NCBI GenBank assembly: GCA_024653945.1
Contig: JANLIT010000001.1
Coordinates: 20,641 to 84,640 of the forward strand
Source of the DNA: Candidatus Campbellbacteria bacterium
GTDB lineage: Bacteria; Patescibacteriota; Minisyncoccia; Phycocordibacterales; EsbW-18
Direction: 5' to 3'
Length of the DNA stretch: 64,000 bases
Part shown: positions 9,422 to 18,677 of the stretch, piece after piece
Layout of the letters: every line of letters starts with the position of its first letter
How positions within the stretch are numbered: position 1 is the stretch's first letter
Notes under the pieces: generated by a model
What the model saw: only the letters and a program-made list of their open reading frames with translations
What the model was told of the DNA's origin: nothing
The model's database searches: none
Program-made: the position numbers and the translations under genes

Positions 9422-11257
9422 CTACATCCCCGCCAACTGCTCAAGAAGAATCAAGAGAAGCTGACGCATGAGAGAAACGAGCTCTGTCCGGAGTTCAGCA
9501 ATAAGCTTTGTTTGTTCATCGAAGGTAAGTGGTTGTGGTGTTGGAGAAATAGGTGGTGGTGTCGATGGCGTACTGATGCGTGCTCCTCCTCCACTGCCAC
9601 CTCCAGCACTTGTGGAGTCATCATCGTTGGTGAGCGTACAGGTGTAGGTACCACCTGCAGACATAGTAATGGTACCGTCTGTCGCACAGTCACCTCCCCA
9701 TGTTGAGGTATAGGTGTAACCTGCGGGAGTACTGTGGGTAAGGGTATGTGACGCTGCAACGGTTGTTGTTGCAGTGCCACTCGTGATGGTGAGGCCGTCG
9801 AGATTGAGAGTGAAGTCGCTTATTGTGGCAGTGCCTTGGTCATCATTGGTGACCGTGGTGGTGACGGTGAGAGTGGGTGCGATGTCGTCGTTCGTGATGG
9901 TGCAGGTTGCCGTGTCTCCAAGCGCGAGCGTGATGGTGCCGTCAGCGGCACAATCACCTCCCCAGTCACCTGCAGTGTATGTCGCGTCTTCTGTTTCAGT
10001 GATGGTGTATGTGCCTGCGACAAGGGTTGTAGTTGCCACACCGCTTGTGATGCTCACGCCGTCAACGAACAGTGGAAAATCACCGACCACCGCAGTGCCT
10101 CCGTGGTCGTTCACGACCGTTTTGGTGACGGTGAGCTCTGGAGGAAAAGTTCCGTATGCGAATTTGAGATCGCTGTTGGTAGTGTCAAAATAACTTATAT
10201 ACGCCGAGCCATCTGCATCAAGCACGATTGAGAGGTAAGCCCCAACATCACCAGTAGAATCAATGACGGTAATCGTTTTCGTAGAACATGTTGCATTGGT
10301 ACATTGAGCAAATTTGAGATCGTCGTTGGTGTCGTCATAGTATGCAATGCGTGCAAAACCATCTGTACCAAGGGCTATAGAATTAAAGATCCCTATACCA
10401 GTCTCCGTCGCATCAATGGTTGTATTGGTCTTTGTCGAACATGATGCGTTGGTACATTGAATAAAAAATAAAAGTGTCCCGGCACTCCCGTAGTAACTAA
10501 TCCGTCCAAGATCACCGGCCGTTAAGGCGAGAGAAGATACGACCAGACCAACATCGCCCGTTGGGTCAGGATACGTAATAACGCTTGCCGAACACGCCGC
10601 GTTTGTACACTGTACAAATTTTAAAGCGGCGTTTGAAGCATCATTATAGGTAATACGCGCAAAGCCATCACTACCAAGAACAAGAGATGTGTTTTCTCCA
10701 ACCATATCCGCAGAATCTACAGTAGTGATGACGCTGGTCGAACAAGCAGCATTGGTACATTGAACAAATTTGAGATCTTTATTGGTAGTATCGTAGTATG
10801 AAATTCTCGCAAAACCATCAGAATCAAGAATAGCCAGAGAGGTATACTTTCCAACAATACCCACTGAATCAATCGTTGTGATAACGCTTGTTGAACACGC
10901 GTCATTAGTACATTGAACAAATTTAAGGGCACTGTTAGTAATGTCATAGTATGAAATCCGCGCAAAGCCATCTGAACTAATAGCGATGGAGGTAAATTGT
11001 CCGACGTCACCCGTTGAATCAATAGTCGTAACAACATTTGTCGTACAATCAATGTTCGTACACTGAATAAATTTTAAATTTGCATTTGTAACGTCATAGT
11101 AGGCAACGCGCGCAAAACCATCAAGACCAAGTATTGTGGATGTATATGATCCAACATTTCCTGTTGAATCAATCGCCGTTTTTGTCCATGTTGCCGCAGA
11201 AACAACTGACGGAACGCTGATAATTAAAAACGCAACGATAAATAAAAGTTTTTTCAT
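9422..11257 (-). CDS. secreted surface protein: signal peptide, then 7 tandem ~47-aa beta-propeller-like blades each with a conserved Cys pair, then 2 Ig/prealbumin-like domains and a Gly/Pro linker
   Basis: Signal peptide MKKLLFIVAFLIISVPSVVSA. Seven repeats of the TIDSTGDVG-YTSIA--SDGFARISYYD-TN--LKFVQCTN--CST pattern. Two repeats of the D..GGTA.V.DF.L.VDG..ITSG.ATT.....TYT..E.....YT...WGGDC..DGTIT...G.T.TCT.TNDD pattern. Confidence 0.7.
   Translation of the reverse strand: MKKLLFIVAFLIISVPSVVSAATWTKTAIDSTGNVGSYTSTILGLDGFARVAYYDVTNANLKFIQCTNIDCTTNVVTTIDSTGDVGQFTSIAISSDGFARISYYDITNSALKFVQCTNDACSTSVITTIDSVGIVGKYTSLAILDSDGFARISYYDTTNKDLKFVQCTNAACSTSVITTVDSADMVGENTSLVLGSDGFARITYNDASNAALKFVQCTNAACSASVITYPDPTGDVGLVVSSLALTAGDLGRISYYGSAGTLLFFIQCTNASCSTKTNTTIDATETGIGIFNSIALGTDGFARIAYYDDTNDDLKFAQCTNATCSTKTITVIDSTGDVGAYLSIVLDADGSAYISYFDTTNSDLKFAYGTFPPELTVTKTVVNDHGGTAVVGDFPLFVDGVSITSGVATTTLVAGTYTITETEDATYTAGDWGGDCAADGTITLALGDTATCTITNDDIAPTLTVTTTVTNDDQGTATISDFTLNLDGLTITSGTATTTVAASHTLTHSTPAGYTYTSTWGGDCATDGTITMSAGGTYTCTLTNDDDSTSAGGGSGGGARISTPSTPPPISPTPQPLTFDEQTKLIAELRTELVSLMRQLLLILLEQLAGM
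10205..11190 (-). repeat. 7 degenerate tandem copies of a ~141-bp unit inside the CDS (about 75% DNA identity between copies), encoding the propeller blades
   Basis: Periodicity is visible in the translation. Recurring DNA blocks such as gcattggtacattga(a/g)caaatttgagatc. Confidence 0.6.
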
Positions 11258-11465
11258 CCCGTTAGAAATGCCCGTTGAAGGTAGATACTGTTTCATAAAT
11301 ACTATGTAGCGAGGTGTAACCTCGCTCATGATTAGAGAATATGAGAACAGAATATCATTTTTACCCCCCCCCGCACATTTTTTGTGTATAACTTTTAAAA
11401 CGTAGAGACCGGACCCTTAGGAGGTCCGGTCTCTACAACCTCTTCCGAGGGTTACACCTCCAAAA

Positions 11466-13796
11466 CTATGGGGTCGATTCTGGAGCTGGATTAGGTGTGG
11501 GTTCAACAACTGGTTCGAGTATGGGTTCCGGAGCTTGCCCTTCAATAATTGGTTCACCTGCCTGCGCAGGCAGGTCTATAGCTGGTGGCTCCACAACTGG
11601 AGAAATTTCAGATGTGGAGGTTGGAGCTTCCAACGAAGGTTCAACTTCTGTGGCTGGTGGGGTTTCAACAACCGGTGGAGGCGTTGAAGAAACGTTCACA
11701 CTATCAAGAATCTCTTGAAGTTGTGACTCGTTTACACATGTTGTTCCAACGCACAGTTTATTTGTCGTGAGTTCATCCGTCGTCAACTTTTGGGCAACAA
11801 TATCAAAGAAGTTAGACACACCCGTCGCAGCGTTGGCGAGAGTTAGTTCAACTTTTATCGAGAGATCTTGAACCGTCTTAATCAAAAGTGGAATAATACT
11901 CGTGTAACGAACACTGTTCGGTCGTCCTTGGTCATCATACCCAATAAGACGACTGTCTACTTTTTCCACCTCTTCAGCAATTAATCCGTACCGCAATCCT
12001 GGAATTTGATTGTATTCAAACGACACGGGGCGAAGTGCAGAAAGCACCTGCTGAGATTCTTCCAACGAGAGTTCATTGATGTCGTGTTTGTAACGCAGTG
12101 ATGAGGTGATACATGTTTCGTTGTCGGTGTTGCGTGTCACTTCATTGTTTGCGTCAAGACACAACGATGCTGTGGCCGCACCAGTATTTGTGGTCAACCC
12201 AGCAAATCCAACAGTGCCAGTAACCGAGAGTGTCCGCCATGGAGATGTGGTGCCAACACCAACGTTACCTGCAAAATAGCTCTTTCCACCAGCTGAATAA
12301 ATTGAATAATTATTTGTCGACCCACTCGTTATCGATTCCAGATACAAACCATACGCATCTGTTATTGATCCTCCTAATACTCTTACTTTACCATAGTATC
12401 CATACGCGCTTCCAATCACTCCACTGGCGGCAGTAACCACATCAGAATATGTGCCGAAAGCGGAAGTAATGGATGCCCCCGACCCAACTGACGAAACTTG
12501 ATTGTATGCTCCATACGCCTGAAGTGTCGTACCCGATATCTGTGCAGTTCCCTCAGTTCCTGTTACATTATCTGTTGTTTGACCACTATCTACAATTCCC
12601 GCACCCTGTACACCAAGCACTGCTCCATGAGAAAACGCTCCAGAACTCCTCGTCGCACTACCGCGAATTCCAATCAAACTGTTTTCACTGTTTCCATTAC
12701 CCGCGAGTGAAAAGAAACCGCCGTATATTCCCCCACTTGTCGTATCGAGACCTGTCGCATTTACATACACATATTTTTTACTATCAATTGCAGTCCCTGC
12801 GGCGCTTATTGAACCAGAAACAAGTACACTTCCTCCTACAACGAGTTTTTGAGAAGGACTTGTTGTACTAATGCCAACATTTCCATTTTGCAATACCGTT
12901 AAACCAGATGATCCCGCAACAGAAAGTCCTCCAGAAAAAGTACTTGTCGCCGTTGTAGATGTGGCGTTAATAAAAAGCGTTTGCACATACTTACTTCCAT
13001 CTGGATAAATGTACGTGCCTGTATCAAGCCATTCTGATATTCCACCAATACCGAGTGTTGATGTTGCCACCCAATCCGTACCCGTTTCAGTGGATTGTAG
13101 TACATATCCGCTTGTCCCCACATCACCCGAACTATCAGCAAACGTACCCGCCACAGAAAGAGTATCTGAAAGTGTAAGTGTTGTTCCTGTGAGTCCGCCG
13201 GTGAGAGTGCCTCCAGAGAGCTCGAGAAAATTGTCGGGGAAATTGGTAATAGGCGAACGTGACGCACTCTTAATTTTTGGCAAAAGTTCTGCGCGAAGTG
13301 CGGCAACTGCGTTGGCAACAACATAAAACACTTCAGTTTGTTGTACTTTTTTATCTACAGCGGATGGCGCCTGAATAGTAAAATGAGGAGGAGGTACTTC
13401 TTGGATAACTGCCTCTGAAAGCACTGACCCTTGGGTGGAAATTGGCGTAAAAAAAGATTTTGCAACAGGTACAATCTGCTGTGTAGGTTCATTTTTTTGT
13501 ACAGAAATGACGGGTGGTTTTTCAGAAACACCGGTGGCACCGAACCACGAACGTATTTTTGCCTGTATGCGCTGAAAAAAAGTTGGAGCGGTGGTAAAAG
13601 TTTGAGGTACTTCGGTCGATATGGTTATTTTTTGGGAGATTGAGGTATCAGACGCTATAGCAAATGTTCCGAGGCTGTGGGTATATTTTTGTGCACCAAC
13701 ATTTAAAACAGTGTCATAACTACTATCCCCTGCAAAAACAAAAATGGGTACAACAAGTATGAGGGTAAGAAAAACGTTCTTCATGTAATATTTCAT
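11466..13796 (-). CDS. secreted tail-fibre-like surface protein with a peptidase-S74-like intramolecular chaperone domain and a Pro-rich C-terminus
   Basis: Signal peptide. A long Gly/Ser/Thr-rich beta-helix-like region. Then LRYKHDINELSLEESQQVLSALRPVSFEYNQIPGLRYGLIAEEVEKVDSRLIGYDDQGRPNSVRYTSIIPLLIKTVQDL, which resembles the C-terminal auto-cleaving chaperone domain of endosialidase and phage tail fibres. PPPVVETPPATEVEP... follows. Confidence 0.65.
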   Translation of the reverse strand: MKYYMKNVFLTLILVVPIFVFAGDSSYDTVLNVGAQKYTHSLGTFAIASDTSISQKITISTEVPQTFTTAPTFFQRIQAKIRSWFGATGVSEKPPVISVQKNEPTQQIVPVAKSFFTPISTQGSVLSEAVIQEVPPPHFTIQAPSAVDKKVQQTEVFYVVANAVAALRAELLPKIKSASRSPITNFPDNFLELSGGTLTGGLTGTTLTLSDTLSVAGTFADSSGDVGTSGYVLQSTETGTDWVATSTLGIGGISEWLDTGTYIYPDGSKYVQTLFINATSTTATSTFSGGLSVAGSSGLTVLQNGNVGISTTSPSQKLVVGGSVLVSGSISAAGTAIDSKKYVYVNATGLDTTSGGIYGGFFSLAGNGNSENSLIGIRGSATRSSGAFSHGAVLGVQGAGIVDSGQTTDNVTGTEGTAQISGTTLQAYGAYNQVSSVGSGASITSAFGTYSDVVTAASGVIGSAYGYYGKVRVLGGSITDAYGLYLESITSGSTNNYSIYSAGGKSYFAGNVGVGTTSPWRTLSVTGTVGFAGLTTNTGAATASLCLDANNEVTRNTDNETCITSSLRYKHDINELSLEESQQVLSALRPVSFEYNQIPGLRYGLIAEEVEKVDSRLIGYDDQGRPNSVRYTSIIPLLIKTVQDLSIKVELTLANAATGVSNFFDIVAQKLTTDELTTNKLCVGTTCVNESQLQEILDSVNVSSTPPPVVETPPATEVEPSLEAPTSTSEISPVVEPPAIDLPAQAGEPIIEGQAPEPILEPVVEPTPNPAPESTP

Positions 13797-13973
13797 CGGA
13801 TCAATAATCTATACGACCAAGATACCACGTTACACTTCAATGGTAAAATAGCCTGCACAAAAAAGGAGATTTTGTTGGTATCATTTACAATTGATTGAAT
13901 GTGCTCTTGTCTGAGAAAATGATTCGTCCAACTCACACCCTGACCTGAGGACCCAATCCCCAAGAGCTTCAAA

Positions 13974-14261
13974 TTGCATCGTAAAGATAACGTTGTACAC
14001 TATGTGGGTATGTTGAGTACATCATCTTCAGATTTTTTTAGCAAAACGTCATCCGTTCTTCCCGACACACTCTCCCCCACTGCGTTGTGGATATTTGTTG
14101 CGATTGCAGTTGTTGTTTGGGCACTATGTGCTGGTATTTTGTGGTATCACTGGAACGCATATGACGCAAAAAGTAAGCGCCTAAAACGTATTAAGCGAAT
14201 TTTCTTTACTGGCTCCGTTGTGATTTTACTCCTTGCGGTCACTTTTATTTTCTCCCTATGA
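13974..14261 (+). CDS. small membrane protein (2 TM helices)
   Basis: Hydrophobic segments. The stop overlaps the next ORF (ATGA coupling). Confidence 0.4.
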   Translation: MHRKDNVVHYVGMLSTSSSDFFSKTSSVLPDTLSPTALWIFVAIAVVVWALCAGILWYHWNAYDAKSKRLKRIKRIFFTGSVVILLLAVTFIFSL

Positions 14262-14821
14262 GCATTGAGCACCTTGTACAACTAGAGAATGACGAGCGTG
14301 TGTTGCTTGAGGTGCGACGACACATGTTTATACTCTATACAAAAATGGCGTTCTTGCTCATTTTATTTTTTATTCCACTTGGTCTTTCTCCCCTCCTCGC
14401 AACCCTTATAGATAAAGTGACGGGAGGTATGTATGGGAGTATTCTGATAGGTTTTCTTTTTATGTTGTGGTGTCTTTTTTTGTGGGTTCTCTTTTTCTTT
14501 TACTGGACCAACTATTATCTTGATGTGTGGGTTGTTACCAACAAACGTATTTTTGATATTGAACAAAAGTCAATTTTTCGTCGTGAAATTTCTGTTACTC
14601 GACTAGAGCAAGTGCAAGACGTAACGATTTCCATCAACGGCATTTTTGCAACATTTATGAAATTCGGAGATATCCACATCCACACCGCCGGAAGTGAAAT
14701 TGACTTCACTATAAAAAACGCAGCCGACCCACTTATGGTAAAAGAAACAATCATGAGAGCCCATGGTGAGACCTACCAACCCCTCCAAACGCAAGGTCTC
14801 CAGCAAACCCACACGGAATAG
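14258..14821 (+). CDS. membrane protein with a bacterial PH domain (YdbS/YdbT-like, DUF304)
   Basis: Two N-terminal TM helices, then a ~90-aa domain (RIFDIEQKSIFRREISVTRLEQVQDVTISINGIFATFMKFGDIHIHTAG) typical of the bPH_2 family. Confidence 0.6.
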   Translation: MSIEHLVQLENDERVLLEVRRHMFILYTKMAFLLILFFIPLGLSPLLATLIDKVTGGMYGSILIGFLFMLWCLFLWVLFFFYWTNYYLDVWVVTNKRIFDIEQKSIFRREISVTRLEQVQDVTISINGIFATFMKFGDIHIHTAGSEIDFTIKNAADPLMVKETIMRAHGETYQPLQTQGLQQTHTE

Positions 14822-14847
14822 AAAATAAAACCCCGATTATCGGGTTT

Positions 14848-17148
14848 TTATTTTGCCACGTGTACTGCCTCATCAAATGAAACAGAGAGCAGTTGGGAGA
14901 TAGCGTCTGCTCCCATCGTAATTCCGTAGAGAACTCCAGCTCGGGACATGGTCTCGCGATTGTGTGTAATCAAAATAAGTTGTGTTTTCTTTGAAAGATT
15001 TTCAATCATATCGCCGTAGCGTTTTGAGTTTGCTTCATCCAGTGCAGCGTCTGTTTCGTCTAAAATAATGAATGGTGGAGGATTCACCTGCGACATTGCA
15101 AAGATAAGTGCAATTGACGTCAGCGCACGTTCGCCACCTGAAAGCATTTCAAGACCGTGAATTTTTTTGCGCGGAAGCGCAACATGGATTTCAACACCTT
15201 CAAACACTTTTTCTTCACCCTCTGCCCCATCTTCAGTACCATCATCATCTTCAATATCTTCAATATCTGTGTCTCGTTTTATTTTGCGAACTTCGCGCAC
15301 TATTTCAAGAGATGCATTTCCACCATTAAACATGAGCGAGAAGAATTCGGAGAACTGCACATTTATTTTCTTTACACCTTCGGCAAATTCACGCGCGAGC
15401 GTTTCTTCAAGATCGGTGATGAGCGCGTGCAAGGACTCTGCTGATTGTTCCAAATCGGCAACTTCTTTTTCTAAAAACGCATCACGTTGTGAGACCTCTT
15501 CAAATTCTTTCATAATATCGTCTCCGCCACCGCTTCCCGCATCCTCAAGACGAACTTTCGTTCGCTCAATTTGTCGCTTGCGTTCGTGCTGTTCAGAACG
15601 TTCTTCAACAACACCACTCTCGGCAAGTGCACGAGATAGATCATCAAACCGAACTGCCTCAACGCCTACCAGTGCCCCTGCTTCAAGTAATTCCCGTTTG
15701 TATTCTTCTTCTTCAAGTTTGAGTGTGCTTTTTTCGCTCGTCAGTACCTGGATATGCATGCGAACTTCTTGTTGTTCGTTTGAGAGTGTGAAAATGCGTC
15801 GTTCCATTTCGCGTCCTGAGTGTATGTCAGATTCAATGGTGTGTTGGATTTTTTTGTATTCCTCCGCGTACTTTTTCTCTTCAGCATCTAGCGTGGCAAT
15901 TTCTCCTTCTCGTTTCTTTTTGTCATGTTCAAGTGAGGAAATATTTTCTCGCACCTCGGCGATATCATTGTCACGAGCCGTTTCACCACGCACCGTGTTC
16001 ATAAACTCAGACACGAGCGTCTTGATAGCACTGAGTGCGGCCTTAAACTCTGCTGGATCACCTTGAGACAATGCGCTGTCTATCAAACGTCCGAGAGAGG
16101 TCGTCATTGATGAGACGGACGTAAACGGGACGGTCTTGTGCGCTTCTTCGGTTTGTTTGCGTTCTTCTTTTGCAAGGAGTGTTCGCAGAGCGGAAATTTC
16201 TCCTTCAATGCGTCCAACCTCTCGAACGGCCAAATCTTTCTTCTCACGAATGCTTCTCATTTTTTCTTCCGAGGAAAGGAGTGCGTCTGATGTTACGTCT
16301 TTTTGAGAGAGTTTCTGTAATTCTTCTCGGGCGTGTGTGATATCTTTTTGCAGTTCAAGCATTCGTTTCTCCAACGGGTCCAGCTCGTACGTAATACGTT
16401 TGAGTGTCGCATCAAGGTACGCTTTTTCACGGGCGAAATAATCTCGGTACGCCTGTTTCAAATCAAGTGCCAGTTCGCGCGCCTTTTCAACTTTCGCGAC
16501 TTGTTTATGTAAAAATGCGAGGTGTGGTTTGAGTTCACGGCGAATACTTTCCACTTTGTCTAAATTCTCTTGTGTTTTTTCCAACTTACGCTCACTCTCA
16601 TCTTTTTTGTAGTGATAGATTTTCAATCCCAACGCGTCTTCAATCATTGCTTTGCGCTCACGCGTGTTCACCGACAAAATTCTGTCCGCTTCTCCTTGAG
16701 AAATAATGTGGTGACCAGATGCGCCGATGTGTGCGCCAGAGAGCAGTTCAATCGTGTCTTTCAATCGCACCACTGAATCATTGAGACGATACTCGCTCGT
16801 TGCGTCACGATGAATGACTCGCTCAAGGACTACTTCATCAAAATCAATGGCAAACAAACGTCCCGATTCGGAGACATTGCCACGAGCCGTATTATCAAAA
16901 GTAAGCTTGACATGAGCGCGGTTGCTTCGCGGGGAGGTTTTTGAACCATTCCAAATGAGGTCCTCAGTGCGCTTACCGCGCATTGATTTGATTGACTGCT
17001 CACCAAGAACAAACCGAAACGACTCGGCAATATTTGATTTACCAGAGCCGTTCGGGCCGACAATGGCCGTAATGGGTGTTTTAAATTCAAGCGACGCTTT
17101 TTTGGCGAACGATTTGAATCCGGAAAGTTCTAGAGATTTGAGGTACAT
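14848..17148 (-). CDS. smc: SMC-family chromosome-segregation ATPase, short form with no recognisable hinge
   Basis: N-terminus MYLKSLELSGFKSFAKK...ITAIVGPNGSGKSNIAESFRFVLGEQSIKSMRGKRTEDLIWNGS (Walker A). C-terminus LSGGERALTSIALIFAMSQVNPPPFIILDETDAALD (signature and Walker B). Only 766 aa. Confidence 0.85.
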   Translation of the reverse strand: MYLKSLELSGFKSFAKKASLEFKTPITAIVGPNGSGKSNIAESFRFVLGEQSIKSMRGKRTEDLIWNGSKTSPRSNRAHVKLTFDNTARGNVSESGRLFAIDFDEVVLERVIHRDATSEYRLNDSVVRLKDTIELLSGAHIGASGHHIISQGEADRILSVNTRERKAMIEDALGLKIYHYKKDESERKLEKTQENLDKVESIRRELKPHLAFLHKQVAKVEKARELALDLKQAYRDYFAREKAYLDATLKRITYELDPLEKRMLELQKDITHAREELQKLSQKDVTSDALLSSEEKMRSIREKKDLAVREVGRIEGEISALRTLLAKEERKQTEEAHKTVPFTSVSSMTTSLGRLIDSALSQGDPAEFKAALSAIKTLVSEFMNTVRGETARDNDIAEVRENISSLEHDKKKREGEIATLDAEEKKYAEEYKKIQHTIESDIHSGREMERRIFTLSNEQQEVRMHIQVLTSEKSTLKLEEEEYKRELLEAGALVGVEAVRFDDLSRALAESGVVEERSEQHERKRQIERTKVRLEDAGSGGGDDIMKEFEEVSQRDAFLEKEVADLEQSAESLHALITDLEETLAREFAEGVKKINVQFSEFFSLMFNGGNASLEIVREVRKIKRDTDIEDIEDDDGTEDGAEGEEKVFEGVEIHVALPRKKIHGLEMLSGGERALTSIALIFAMSQVNPPPFIILDETDAALDEANSKRYGDMIENLSKKTQLILITHNRETMSRAGVLYGITMGADAISQLLSVSFDEAVHVAK

Positions 17149-17194
17149 GATGTCATCTTCATAAAAATTCTTACTGCTCTAGTATGACAAAAAA

Positions 17195-17237
17195 ACGGAC
17201 AAATAGAAACTGCCGGAGCGCGCAAACGCTCCGGCAG
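17195..17237 (-). terminator. intrinsic terminator of the GC-rich cassette gene
   Basis: Perfect 11-bp stem ctgccggagcg / cgctccggcag, followed on the minus strand by a T-rich tract. Confidence 0.7.
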
Positions 17238-17243
17238 GAAAAC

Positions 17244-17750
17244 TTACGGCCGTGACCTGTTGCCCAACAGAGAGAGATCCCAAGGATGAATCTTGTCTCC
17301 ATGTTTTGTGCACCCCCAGCACGGTGACCCCACACGTGACAATCCCCTGAGCTCCGCTAGGACAACACCTTGCCGCACAAGATTAAGAACTTTGATGCTC
17401 CAACCCGAGGGAACAAACACATCAAGAAGAGATGCTGATTGGTGGTAGATGGTGTCAATGTCCAGAATCCTTCGCTTGTAGTCAATGCCTTCACGGATTT
17501 CCATTCGACCCCAACATCCACTCGGGTCTTCGGAAGCAGGGAGAAATCGCCTCAGGAGATCCTTTTGGGAGATGGGAGAGAGCTGCTGATCTTTCCTGGT
17601 CTCGTTGACCCCCTGAAGAAGGTCCTTGAGCTTGTTCCAACCCCATGTGGAGTCTGCAAAATTGAAAATTGCAGGGGCTACCAACTTCGGCTCCTCTATC
17701 ACGGTCTTTCTCCTTTGTCGCCTTTTGGCGGCGGTTGTTGTGGAGAACAA
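17244..17750 (-). CDS. hypothetical protein encoded in a GC-rich (~52%) insert
   Basis: 168-aa ORF whose only full-length start is TTG with no obvious SD (first internal ATG about 80 codons in). Composition differs from its neighbours. It has its own terminator. Confidence 0.3.
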   Translation of the reverse strand: MFSTTTAAKRRQRRKTVIEEPKLVAPAIFNFADSTWGWNKLKDLLQGVNETRKDQQLSPISQKDLLRRFLPASEDPSGCWGRMEIREGIDYKRRILDIDTIYHQSASLLDVFVPSGWSIKVLNLVRQGVVLAELRGLSRVGSPCWGCTKHGDKIHPWDLSLLGNRSRP

Positions 17751-17822
17751 ACTGGTCGCAATAACCAGTTTTCCGTGTATATAATAAAACAGTGAAATAG
17801 AAATGTCAACTTACTACTATCC

Positions 17823-18518
17823 CTACCGTGCCCATCCTTTTGCGGTGAGAGCATTCACTGCAGCTTCCTGTTCAGCTTCTTGTTTTGATTTACCATCACC
17901 TTCTGCAATTTTGACACCTTTAAGAAACACACCGACAGTAAATTGTTTATCGTGGTCAGGACCTTCTTCTTGCATCGTTTCATACGATGGCGTCACACCT
18001 GTTTTATCTTGTGCCAACTCCTGAAAACGACTCTTCGCATCTCGCCACAAATGTTTACCCACAATATCGTCCGTCAAAGGAAGGAGGGAGCGTTCCACAA
18101 ATTGTTGAGCGGCGGCATACCCACCATCAAGAAAAAGAGCACCCACAAGCGCTTCAAACGCATTTGCAAGAATATACTGTCGCGCACGTCCAATATCTTT
18201 TGATTCACCTTTGGAAAGAAGTAAAAACTCATTCACACCCAATTCCATTGCAACCGTTGCAAGCGTTGAGGTGTTTACCAATCCTGCACGATATGATGTT
18301 AAATCCCCTTCTGTTTTTTTTGGATATTTTGCAAACAAAAATTCAGTACTTATAAGTTCCAGTACCGCATCGCCTAAAAACTCTAAGCGTTCATTGTGTT
18401 GTCCTGTATGTGCATGCGATTCGTTGATGTATGAACGGTGTGTCAGCGCAGTTAACAATATTTTGTCATCGGTAAATGTGTGACCAAGTTTTTCTTCTAG
18501 AGGTTTCAGGTTTTTCAT
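17823..18518 (-). CDS. rnc: ribonuclease III
   Basis: From the internal Met: MKNLKPLEEKLGHTFTDDKILLTALTHRSYINE...ERLEFLGDAVLE (RNase III signature), with a C-terminal dsRBD. The ORF-track start at 18578 lies in the repeat region. Confidence 0.85.
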   Translation of the reverse strand: MKNLKPLEEKLGHTFTDDKILLTALTHRSYINESHAHTGQHNERLEFLGDAVLELISTEFLFAKYPKKTEGDLTSYRAGLVNTSTLATVAMELGVNEFLLLSKGESKDIGRARQYILANAFEALVGALFLDGGYAAAQQFVERSLLPLTDDIVGKHLWRDAKSRFQELAQDKTGVTPSYETMQEEGPDHDKQFTVGVFLKGVKIAEGDGKSKQEAEQEAAVNALTAKGWAR

Positions 18519-18581
18519 AAAAAGTGGAAGTTGGAAGTTAGAGGTGGGAAGTTGGTGATTAGTTTTGGTGATTCGCATTTT

Positions 18582-18677
18582 GTTACATGCTTCATGCTAT
18601 ATGTTTTCTGTTACATGCTTCATGCTATATGTTTTCTGTTACATGCTACACGTTACATGCTACATGCTACATACTAC
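18582..18677. repeat. tandem CATG-rich repeat: 2 perfect copies of a 28-bp unit (gttacatgcttcatgctatatgttttct) plus about 1.4 degenerate copies (gttacatgctaca / gctacat)
   Basis: Read directly from the sequence. Intergenic between the nusB-NUDIX stop and the rnc start. Related copies occur at 42790-42885 and 4640-4655. Confidence 0.8.

Noticed and set aside
9451-10231. Several 70-140-aa ORFs on both strands inside the beta-propeller gene
   Set aside because: They are alternative frames of the repetitive Thr/Ser/Gly-rich coding sequence. The 635-aa frame with a signal peptide explains the region.
15167-16066. 299-aa Ser-rich + ORF
   Set aside because: It lies entirely antisense within smc and is low-complexity (Ser/Arg/Ala), a typical shadow ORF.
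18582-18677. Possible CRISPR array
   Set aside because: The repeats are directly tandem with no unique spacers, and no cas genes are present.
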